64,000 nucleotides of DNA. It comes from Vulcanimicrobiota bacterium (GTDB taxonomy: Bacteria > Vulcanimicrobiota > CADAWZ01 > Ess09-12). The stretch is taken from positions 1,478 through 65,477 of the forward strand of contig JAVHLM010000029.1 in assembly GCA_031082125.1 (NCBI GenBank), given 5' to 3'. This document shows, in pieces, positions 39,199-48,200 of the stretch. How positions within the stretch are numbered: the first letter of the stretch is position 1; the number at the start of each line of letters is the position of its first letter. The translations under genes and the position numbers were made by a program. The notes below the pieces were generated by a model. It was not told the DNA's origin and did no database searches. It worked only from the letters and a program-made list of their open reading frames with translations.

Positions 39199-40398
39199 AT
39201 GCACCGCGACTTCCTGCTCATTCTGTTTATTGCTTATACCCTGGGAATCATTGTTCAGAAGCTCCTGAAAAAGGATTTCTTTCCAGGTGATTTTCTCAAT
39301 GTATCCTTTCTTTATGTTGTTCTCATCACAGGATTCGTGCTGCACGCGATCATCCACCGCGGCAGCCTGGAGGGGATTTCCCTCGGGAAACGGGATCTGG
39401 TACTGATGATCCTTCTTATCCTGGCAGGGTACTATGTGCTATATGCGGTCATCATCCCATGGTTCAGGAGAAAACATGAGAGTTCCATCGATTTTTCACC
39501 CCGGTATAAAGCCTGTAAGCAGGAGGAAAGCGAAAAGAAACGCTTCCTCGAGGCGGTCCTCCATGGAGACATGGAGGTGGTGAACCAGATGCTCGGGATC
39601 TTACCCGAGAGGATCTATCTCAAAGCCCCCGGCGGAGAGTTGCTTGCAGACTATGCATTGAAACAGGGCAGGCAGGCGATGGCGGAGTTTCTTGGAACCT
39701 TTGGAAAAGCCTTGAAGGAAAAGAAAGAGATGTTGAAGAGTGCTGTCGTGGAGGGCGACGCTTCCAAGGCGGAGGAGCTTGCCGGCCGGGACGGATATCT
39801 GGTGAAGGTGCCTGTGGACGCTTCAGGTGCGACAGTCCTCCATCTTGCGGCAGAACGTGGAAACACCGCGTTGGCGGCGTTTTTTATCGAGAAGGGCGCG
39901 GATCTCAACGCCAAGGACAATGAAGGAGCAAGGCCCCTCCATTATGCGGCAGCTCTTGGCCAGTTGGAAGCCGCCGGGCTTCTCATCGAGAAGGGCGCCT
40001 CTGCATACCCCTGTGATGACGGCGGCGCCCAGCCTCTCCACGAGGCGGCGATGTCGGGCAATGTAGCTGTCGCGAAGCTCCTCATCGAGCATGGAGCTCA
40101 TCCGAACAGTGCCGATGAGGTGTTCAGGTGGACACCGCTCTATTATGCAGAGTATTATGACCAGAAAGAGATGGTGGACTTTCTCCTGTCACGAGGCGCC
40201 ATCCTCTCGGTAAGTGACACCTTCGGGAGGACTCCGCGGTGCGCCGGTGCGCTTCCTCTGGAATCCATGCAGGCCGGGCGCTGCCTGGTGCGGGCCTGGC
40301 GGCATCGATATCTTCGGCTTCGAAAAAGGCCTTGCTCCTGCAGGAAAGATCAGCATTCCGGCAGGCACGGCGCGAGCGGCATGGGCTCCCGCAGGTGA
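39199..40398 (+). CDS. membrane-anchored ankyrin repeat protein, probably 3'-disrupted near 40237
   Basis: Three N-terminal hydrophobic helices; repeats GATVLHLAA, GARPLHYAA, GAQPLHEAA and WTPLYYA. The last repeat breaks off after FGRTP into non-ankyrin sequence. Confidence 0.75.
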   Translation: MHRDFLLILFIAYTLGIIVQKLLKKDFFPGDFLNVSFLYVVLITGFVLHAIIHRGSLEGISLGKRDLVLMILLILAGYYVLYAVIIPWFRRKHESSIDFSPRYKACKQEESEKKRFLEAVLHGDMEVVNQMLGILPERIYLKAPGGELLADYALKQGRQAMAEFLGTFGKALKEKKEMLKSAVVEGDASKAEELAGRDGYLVKVPVDASGATVLHLAAERGNTALAAFFIEKGADLNAKDNEGARPLHYAAALGQLEAAGLLIEKGASAYPCDDGGAQPLHEAAMSGNVAVAKLLIEHGAHPNSADEVFRWTPLYYAEYYDQKEMVDFLLSRGAILSVSDTFGRTPRCAGALPLESMQAGRCLVRAWRHRYLRLRKRPCSCRKDQHSGRHGASGMGSRR

Positions 40399-40787
40399 TT
40401 GTATCGCCTCCCTGTCAGCCCAGGGAGAGATAGCCCTCTGGGACAGCCGTGAAGGCCGCCTCCTCTGGCGCTATGAGGAAATGTTCACCTGCTGCGCGGA
40501 AAATAAGGATTCCGCTTACGTGCCTCAACAACGCGGTTTCACTTTCCCTCTCCCGCGACGGGGAGTGGTGCGCCGTGCGCTCAGAGGCCTCCTATGGAGG
40601 AAACGGCCAGCTGGAGATCTGGAGGCGGGGAGCATGGCACCGCCCGATTCTCAAGCCCCTCTCGGGTAATTCCGTAAAATACCCGGAACACTCACGGGCC
40701 CTCGAGTTCCACCCCGAGAAGCCGCTCCTCGCCTCGTTCAACAAGGGCTCCTGGCATATCAGCGTGTGGAGAATAAACGGGAACTGA
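40240..40787 (+). pseudogene. fragmented WD40/beta-propeller gene remnant
   Basis: One frame gives AAWAPAGDCIASLSAQGEIALWDSREG. Another gives LSLSRDGEW...LEIW and LEFHPEKPLLAS...ISVW. No convincing start. Confidence 0.6.
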
Positions 40788-40999
40788 GTATGACTGTGAC
40801 AATGCATTTCAATGTGCAGGGGCCTCATAAAGATCACCCGGCAAAGCCTCTTTATCTTCTAAAAGAATGCCTGTCTCTCTGAATGGAATATTTATCCTGG
40901 CAGATAGGTAACAGAGAGAGAAACAGAGATTCCCCGGAGAGAAAAAAGTCCCGGATATCAGGCAACAGACCAGCTCGGAAGTAAAGGAGGCTCATCACA

Positions 41000-41200
41000 A
41001 TGGCGACTCAGAAAAGAATTAAGAACACATCATACAGGAAGGACCGGAAAGAAATAGAGGGAAAAAGAGACGTGATAAGCTCTCTCTGGAAGTGTGTCAT
41101 TGGGATCGGCCCAGCCATCCGTAAAATGAGAGATGATTTATACCAGTTTTATATAATGGCCACTGAGCCGCTGTCCTATGAAATGCCCACTGAGCCATAG
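41000..41200 (+). CDS. small hypothetical protein (66 aa)
   Basis: Strong AAGGAGG RBS before the ATG; basic N-terminus; no recognisable family. Confidence 0.5.
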   Translation: MATQKRIKNTSYRKDRKEIEGKRDVISSLWKCVIGIGPAIRKMRDDLYQFYIMATEPLSYEMPTEP

Positions 41201-41224
41201 CTTCTTCCCTATGGATTTTAACGC

Positions 41225-41267
41225 CCTGTGGTAATACCCTTCTCCGGAAAAAAAGTAAAGCGGAGCA
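41225..41267. repeat. degenerate direct repeat, copy 2 (pyr-promoter-like)
   Basis: CCTGTGGTAATACCCTTCTCCGGAAAAAAAGTAAAGCGGAGCA versus the copy at 39064-39107. Confidence 0.75.
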
Positions 41268-41595
41268 TGGCGGGAAGGGAATCAGGGATCTGCAGTAAAA
41301 TGGTCTTCCCGAGGCTCATTTTGAGGGGAGGCAGAGCTCTTACCTGAAGCTTGCCGAAGCCGTGGGGACGCTTGAGCATGAGAAGTCAGTGACAGTTCCC
41401 CTCCAGATACCGTAAGGAACCGGCAACAGCTCCCGTTCCCGCCTGAGGCTCTGGCAGGCCCGTGAAGGGAGCATGGAGCTGCCGGGAGAATGGCCCCTGG
41501 ACTCTCCATACGGAGCTATCTCATGAAGGTTTTATGGGAAAGTGTGCCAAATTCTTCATGGACTTTCAGAGATAACCATCAGAGAGGTAACCGTC

Positions 41596-43668
41596 ATGAA
41601 ACATCATCGCATCCTGCTTCCTGTACTTGTCATACTTTTTCTTGCCGCAGCGGCTTTTGAGGCTTCCGCCGAGGAGGGCATGTGGACCCTCGACAACCTT
41701 CCCGCTGCCCGCCTCAAGGCAAGATACGGCTTCACCGCCACCAGGGAGTGGATCGAGCATGTGCGCCTTGCGAGCGTGCGCTTCAATGACGGCGGGAGCG
41801 GCTCCTTCGTGAGCCCCGGGGGGCTTGTGCTCACCAACCATCACGTGGCTGTGGGGCAGCTCCAGAAAATGTCGTCGGAGAAAAAGGATTATGTGACCGA
41901 CGGCTACCTCGCCAGGAGCCCTGAGGAGGAGATTAAGTGCACTGACCTCGAGCTGAACATGCTGGTCTCTACGGAAAATGTTACCGAGAGGGTGAAAAAG
42001 TCCGTGAAGAACCTCACGGGCGAAAAGGCCCTCAAAGCAAGGAAAGCTGAGATGGCCCTCATCGAGAAGGAGTCCATGAATAAAACAGGGCTCCGCTCAG
42101 ATGTGATCACCCTTTACCATGGCGGCGAATACTGGCTCTATGCCTTCAGGAAATACCGCGACGTGAGGCTTGTCATGGCTCCTGAAAAGCAAATCGCCTT
42201 CTATGGCGGCGACCTGGATAACTTCACCTACCCCCGCTATGACCTCGACTTCGCCCTCTTCCGCGTCTACGAGGACGGGAAGCCATTACACCCGAAGCAT
42301 TATTTCAAATTCAACACCAATGGAGGCAAGGATGGCGAGCTTGTCTTCGTGAGCGGCCATCCAGGCACGACGAAGCGCCTCCTCACATACTCGCAGTATC
42401 TCTTTAACCGTGACCACAGCTACCCTGCAATACTCACGTGGCTCGACGGATCCCTCAAAACCCTTGATAAATACTCCGCGAAAGGTCCCGAAGAGAAGCG
42501 CCGCGCCGCCACCCTCAGGTTCTCCTATGGCAACTCCCAGAAGGCCCTGGCCGGAGAATACGAAGGGCTCAGGGAGCGTGCCTTCAGCGAGGACTTCAAG
42601 GCTCGCGAGGATCGTCTCCGCTCTACGGTGAATGCCAGCGCCGCCCTCAGGAAAGAGGCCGGCGCCTCCTGGGAGCAGATTGCCGCCGCCATGAAGAAAT
42701 ACGGACAACGCTATGATCACGAGCGCTACCAGGCCCTCAAAGGTCACAGGCTCCCTGCAATAGCCACGCAGGTGGTGTTCTTCATCATGGAGACAAAGAA
42801 GCCCGATGGCGAGCGGCTGAACGGCTACCATGACTCGCAGATTGACACATGGAAGTTCGTGAACCTCTCGCCTGAGCCCCTCTATGACGACCTTGAGGAG
42901 GCGCTCCTGGCCTTCAACATGGAGCTTTCCAGGAAAAAGCTCGGCGAGGCCGATCCCTTCGTGAAAGTGCTCCTGGGGGGGAAAACGCCGCAGGTGAGGG
43001 CCCGGGAGCTTGTCAGGGACACAAAGCTCAAAGACCCTTCCTACCGCTGGTCCCTCATCGAGGGCGGCGAAAAGGCGCTGAAAAACTCCGACGATCCCCT
43101 GGTGAGGCTTGCCCTCGCCCTGGAGCCAAAGCTGAGGGAATTCATCAAGTGGCGCGAGGCGAATATCGAGAGCGTCGTCACGCCGGCCACGGAGAATATT
43201 GCGAAAGCCCGCTTCGCCATCGAGGGCAGGACCACTTACCCTGACGCCACCTTTACCCTCAGGCTTGCCTACGGCACCATCAAGGGTTACGAGATGAACG
43301 GCACCCTCGCCCCTCCCGTCACGACCATTTACGGGCTCTACGACCGCTTTTACAGCTTCTCGGGAAAAATGGACTTCTGGCTTCCCCCGCGTTACCTTGA
43401 GAAAAAGGACAGCTTAGACCTGGCCACGCCATTCAATTTCGTCTCCACTGCCGACATCACGGGAGGGAACTCGGGCTCTCCTGTCATCACGCGAGATGCC
43501 GAGCTCGTGGGACTCATTTTTGACGGGAACATGGAAAGCCTGGCAGGGCGCTTCATCTTTTCCGACAAGACAAACCGCGCCGTGGCAGTCCACGCGGCGG
43601 CCATCATAGAAGCCCTCAGGAAGCTTTACGATGCGGGGCCTCTTGCTGACGAGCTCCAGGGGAAATAA
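41596..43668 (+). CDS. S46 family peptidase (dipeptidyl-peptidase 7/11-like)
   Basis: Signal peptide then EEGMW, LTNHH, YPDATFTLRL, catalytic TGGNSGSP and GLIFDGN; GAGGT RBS before the ATG at 41596. Confidence 0.93.
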   Translation: MKHHRILLPVLVILFLAAAAFEASAEEGMWTLDNLPAARLKARYGFTATREWIEHVRLASVRFNDGGSGSFVSPGGLVLTNHHVAVGQLQKMSSEKKDYVTDGYLARSPEEEIKCTDLELNMLVSTENVTERVKKSVKNLTGEKALKARKAEMALIEKESMNKTGLRSDVITLYHGGEYWLYAFRKYRDVRLVMAPEKQIAFYGGDLDNFTYPRYDLDFALFRVYEDGKPLHPKHYFKFNTNGGKDGELVFVSGHPGTTKRLLTYSQYLFNRDHSYPAILTWLDGSLKTLDKYSAKGPEEKRRAATLRFSYGNSQKALAGEYEGLRERAFSEDFKAREDRLRSTVNASAALRKEAGASWEQIAAAMKKYGQRYDHERYQALKGHRLPAIATQVVFFIMETKKPDGERLNGYHDSQIDTWKFVNLSPEPLYDDLEEALLAFNMELSRKKLGEADPFVKVLLGGKTPQVRARELVRDTKLKDPSYRWSLIEGGEKALKNSDDPLVRLALALEPKLREFIKWREANIESVVTPATENIAKARFAIEGRTTYPDATFTLRLAYGTIKGYEMNGTLAPPVTTIYGLYDRFYSFSGKMDFWLPPRYLEKKDSLDLATPFNFVSTADITGGNSGSPVITRDAELVGLIFDGNMESLAGRFIFSDKTNRAVAVHAAAIIEALRKLYDAGPLADELQGK

Positions 43669-44262
43669 TCAGGCAGGGCTCGCTTTCACAAGATACAGGT
43701 GGGGCTTATCGGTAATGGCAACCTTTGAGAACCGGAGCTCTTGCAGCATTTTTCTCATTTCATCAGGGCCCGGGAGCATGTCGTGCCGCACAGGCCCTTC
43801 AAGGCGGCTGTGGAGCTCATTGATACTGCTGCAGCTCTCCGAGTGGGCTATCAGCAGGAAGCCGCCCGGTGTAATGTGGCGTCTCAGGTTGGCGAGGGCC
43901 CTTCTCTTGTCGGCAAAGTGGGGAAAGCACGAGTAACAGATTATCCTGTCAAAAGCTCTCCCGGGCACTGTGTCAGTGGTAAGATCGGCCCGGCAGAACG
44001 ACACTCCGCTTCGGGATGAAAGCTTTTTCTCAGCCTCCTCGAGCATCTTTCCCGAAAAATCGGCACACACCACGTCGAGAGCCCCATCAAAGGCCCTGAC
44101 CATGAAATCAGTGAAGACCCCCGTGCCGCAGCCGGCATCAAGGACCCGGGCCCCGGGAAAAAGCTCAAGGGCCTCCGCTATGAGGGCCAGCCGCAATGGA
44201 TCGTGGCTGGCCTGCTCATCCCATCGGGAAGCCATATGATCAAAGTAGCTCCGGTGATCCAT
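43669..44262 (-). CDS. class I SAM-dependent methyltransferase
   Basis: VLDAGCGTG, ADFSGKM, FDRII and PGG motifs. Confidence 0.88.
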   Translation of the reverse strand: MDHRSYFDHMASRWDEQASHDPLRLALIAEALELFPGARVLDAGCGTGVFTDFMVRAFDGALDVVCADFSGKMLEEAEKKLSSRSGVSFCRADLTTDTVPGRAFDRIICYSCFPHFADKRRALANLRRHITPGGFLLIAHSESCSSINELHSRLEGPVRHDMLPGPDEMRKMLQELRFSKVAITDKPHLYLVKASPA

Positions 44263-44406
44263 GATGAAAGAGTTGGCGACGCAAAGCCATACCTCCTGCC
44301 GGCATAAATCTGGCGGTCAAGGTGCACCTCCAGAAGGAAATTTTCCGTCCTTAATGAATTTATCTTCACGCTCCACTTACCAGCTATGGCGGAGGTTGCC
44401 CACACC

Positions 44407-45186
44407 ATGAAACGGATCATTCTGGTTCTGCTGCTCATTGCTGCTACAGCCATACCGGCTTTTTCAGATGACGATCTCACTCCCAGGCTCCAGATTCTCT
44501 GCTATCACCAGATTGCCCCCGTGGCAAAAGACATTATGACCACGACGCCTGAGATGTTCGAGGCCCAGGTGAGGTACCTGAGGACCCATGACTATTACCC
44601 CGTGGGAATGGAAGAGGCCGTGGCCTTTCTCAAGGGCAGGAAGCCTACCAGGCAGAAGATGGTGATGATTACCTTTGATGACGGGTATGACGGGATTTAT
44701 CATTACGGCCTCCCCATACTCAGAAAATACCGCTTCCCCGCCGTGGTGTTCCTCGTGGTGAGCAAGATCACCGAAAACGGGGAAAGAAGCGAAACAGGGC
44801 ACCTTTCCTGGAAGCAGCTCCGTGTGCTGAGAGACAGCGGCCTTTTTTACATCGGCTCACACACCAACGCCCTTCATCAGAAAGTGCAATGGGATCTGCG
44901 GGACGGCAGGATCACCTCGAGCCAGCTTATCAGGGATCTCTGCAAGTCGCGCATTTATATTTACAACCATCTTGGCATTCTCACCGACTACCTTGCCTGG
45001 CCCTATGGAGGCTATGATGATCGCACCATCGAGATCGCCAGGAACTGCGGCTTCAAGGTACTCTTCACCACTGATGAAGGCTCCAACCACAGGGGGGAGG
45101 GTACGATCCGCATCAGGCGCATCGCCCTTTCCTCGGCCTATGATGACCTTATGCGCCTTGAGGACAAGCTCACCATGTTCCCCTGA
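44407..45186 (+). CDS. secreted polysaccharide deacetylase (CE4, IcaB/PgaB-like)
   Basis: Signal peptide; ILCYH, ITFDDGY, GSHTNALH and LAWPYG. Confidence 0.9.
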   Translation: MKRIILVLLLIAATAIPAFSDDDLTPRLQILCYHQIAPVAKDIMTTTPEMFEAQVRYLRTHDYYPVGMEEAVAFLKGRKPTRQKMVMITFDDGYDGIYHYGLPILRKYRFPAVVFLVVSKITENGERSETGHLSWKQLRVLRDSGLFYIGSHTNALHQKVQWDLRDGRITSSQLIRDLCKSRIYIYNHLGILTDYLAWPYGGYDDRTIEIARNCGFKVLFTTDEGSNHRGEGTIRIRRIALSSAYDDLMRLEDKLTMFP

Positions 45187-45270
45187 AGAGGCAGAAGCTC
45201 ATCCTGTTGACCTGAAAAGATGAGAGGCTCATCTTTTTGACCTGAAAAGTTCCCCTGATGAGGGCAGAAG
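45178..45270. repeat. nested direct and inverted repeat element
   Basis: Outer repeats TTCCCCTGAAGAGGCAGAAG / TTCCCCTGATGAGGGCAGAAG. Inner 23-bp repeats at 45197-45219 and 45227-45249. Hairpin AAAAGATGAG-AGG-CTCATCTTTT at 45215-45237. Confidence 0.7.
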
Positions 45271-45276
45271 GGCACC

Positions 45277-48200
45277 ATGAAGCAGAAATTCCGGCTCTTT
45301 GTCCAGAAGCATGAAAACGGCACCTATACCGTTACCTTGCCAGGCATTCACTACGTCCCGGTCCCCATCGATGATGCCGTGCAACCTGCCTCTTCAAGTC
45401 TTTCCTCCTACGGGCCCATACTCGAGGAAGTGAAAGACGACGTGCGTATTGCCCTGGAAAAATGGCTTGCGCGGGTTGATCCCTCACATCTGGCCATGCT
45501 CAGCAACCATCGGCCGGGAGAGACTCTCGAAAAGGTCGAGGTGGAGCTGCGCCCCTCTGACAGCAGGGGGAAAAAGCGCCACGACAGGGTAAAGCTGACA
45601 GTGAGCCTCATGGTGACACCCGAGGAGGGCTCGCAGCTCCTGGTAAGTGCTCCCAAGCTCGCCTCACCGCCTCTTTCATTCTACTGCTACTCGATGGCCG
45701 AGCTCCGTGAGGCGGCCACAAGGGAGATTGCCGCCTATTTCAGCAGCTTCACCCTGGAGGAGATCCTGCCCTACTGTTACCAGCGCCAGGAGTTCCTTGA
45801 CGAGATCGAGGTGGCTTTCACCCCGATGAAGCCCTTCCGGGAAAAGAAGGAGAAGGAACAGGACGAGGGCTGCTTCTGGGCCCTCAGGGGCGCCGGGATA
45901 AACCTGAGCGCGAGAACCCGGGAAAACCGCCTTCTGAAGGCTTATGGCCGGGAAAGAGAGGTAAACGAGCTTATGGCGGTCCTCTCGTCGGAAAGGAGCA
46001 GCTCGGTGCTCCTTGTCGGCGAGTCGGGCACGGGAAAAACAGCCGTGGCACATGAGGTGGTGCGGCGCATCACTGCTGAGCAGTGCCCCCCGGCCCTCCG
46101 GAAGAGGCAGGTGTGGCACACCAGTGCAGGCAGCCTTATTGCAGGCTGCAGCTATATCGGGGAATGGCAGGAAAAGGTGCAGAACATTGTTGAAGAGGTG
46201 AAAAAGAAACGCCATATCCTCCATATTGATGACATCGTGGGCCTTCTGGAGGCGGGGCGGTGGAGCAAGAGCGATGAGAACATAGGCCATTTCCTGAAAA
46301 ATTACCTTGCCGACGGGACAGTGGTGATCATCGGCGAGACCACGCCGGGCCGCCTCAGCATCGGGGAGCGCTACGATCCTTCCTTTTTCTCGCTCTTCAG
46401 GATCATCACCATGGCAGAGCCTGATGAAAATTCGACGCTCAGCATACTGGGAAACTATGCCGCTTCGCTGGAGAACGACTTCCGCGTGCGCATCAGGCCT
46501 TCAGCCTCCGAGGCAGCCCTGGAGCTCACCAGGCGCTTCCAGCCTTACCTCTCTCTCCCGGGAAAAGCCGTGGGGCTCCTTGAGCGTGTGGCCTCCGACG
46601 CGGGAAAAACGGGTGCAAGGGAGCGGCCTGAAATCACCAGGCAGTTCATTGTGAGCGCCTTTGCCCGGGAAACGGGGCTCCCCGAGTTTATTCTCTCCGA
46701 TCATCTCACTCTTGAGCCGAAAAGCATCGATAAGTTCTTTTCCGAGCAAATCAAGGGCCAGGGTCATGCCGTAGGCACCATTGTGGATCTTGTCACCGTC
46801 ATCAAGTCGGGCCTGAACGATCCCCAGAAGCCCATGGGGTGCCTCTTTTTCGTAGGGCCTACCGGCGTGGGAAAGACCGAGATGGCAAAGACTCTCGCGG
46901 AATACCTTTTCGGCAGCCGCGAGAGGCTTGTCCGCTTCGACATGAGCGAGTATGCAGAGCCATTCAACGTGGCAAAGCTCATAGGCTCCCCTCATGGCGA
47001 CGAGGAAGGCGAGCTCATAAGGCGCATCAGGCTTCAGCCTTTCTCTGTGGTGCTCCTGGATGAGTTCGAGAAAGCCCACGGGAGCATTTTTGACTGCATG
47101 CTCCAGGTGCTTGGTGAAGGGCGCCTTACCGATGCCAAGGGCCGCACGGCAGACTTCAGGAGCGCCATCATCATCATGACCTCGAACCTGGGAGCCACGG
47201 CTAAAGAACAGCGAAAGCCGGGGCTCCGCCGGGACAGCTCCATGCACTCCGTGGAGGAGCATTTCCGGGACCAGGTGGAGCACTTCTTCCGCCCCGAGTT
47301 TGTCAACAGGCTCGATGGCATCGTCGTGTTCCACCCTCTCGGCAGAGCCGCAATGGAGGAGGTTGCCTCCCGGGAGCTTGCAAAGCTTCTCGAGCGCGAG
47401 GGGATTACCAGGAGAAGCCTCCTTGTGGAGGTAGATCCCTCCATGATGGAGCTCCTCATCGAGAAGGGATTCAGCCCCCACTATGGCGCCAGGCCTCTCA
47501 AGCGGGAGATTGAGAGGTCCATCAACGTGCCTCTTGCCCATTACCTGGTATCGCACAGGATCTCGTCTCCGTACCTTATAGGAGTGTCCTGCGAAGACGG
47601 CCGGACGGTGATTCATGCCACGGCCCTCTCAGAAGCGCGGCAGGTGGTAAAGCAGGAAGAGGCTCCCCTGTCGCTGAGTGCCGCCACTGAGAGAAAAATG
47701 CAGATCTCGGAGCTTGTCGAAGGCTTTGCAGAGATCCGCCTGAGGCTTCACCGCTGGCTGCAGAGCGACAATGTGGAAAGAATAAGGATTGAATGGAAAC
47801 GGCTCCTCGCAGAGACAAGGAAAAAGGAGTTCCGCTCCGACGGCCGGGAGGGCATGAAAGCCTTCGAGAGGATATACCAGCTGGAGCGCCTCACCAAGCG
47901 CCTCGAGCAGCTCGCGGACCGCGCCTCCTACCTCGAGGAGTTTGCCACCCTCACGAAGCGCCAGCGCGACGCACGTTACGGCGCCGACCTGGCCCAGAAT
48001 TACACCGATCTCTGCCGTGACGCTGATTTCCTGGAGATCGAGCTCCTCTGCGCCCATCTTTCGGAGAGCGGCCGAGCCCTCATGCACCTTTCTGCCATCG
48101 GCCAGGCCGTCAGGGGCGAGCGCTCGGCCAGGGAGCGCGCCGAGTGGGTGGCGGCCCTGGCGAAGATGTACCTCTCCTGGGCGGGGCGGAAAGGATATGA

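Noticed and set aside
41299-41415. Short protein-like frame (NGLPEAHFEGRQSSYLKLAEAVGTLEHEKSVTVPLQIP)
   Set aside because: It has no start codon at its 5' end, is preceded by a stop, and matches no family I recognise. It may be a remnant but cannot be supported.
45197-45249. Possible mini CRISPR array
   Set aside because: Only two 23-bp units with a 7-bp spacer, and no cas genes.
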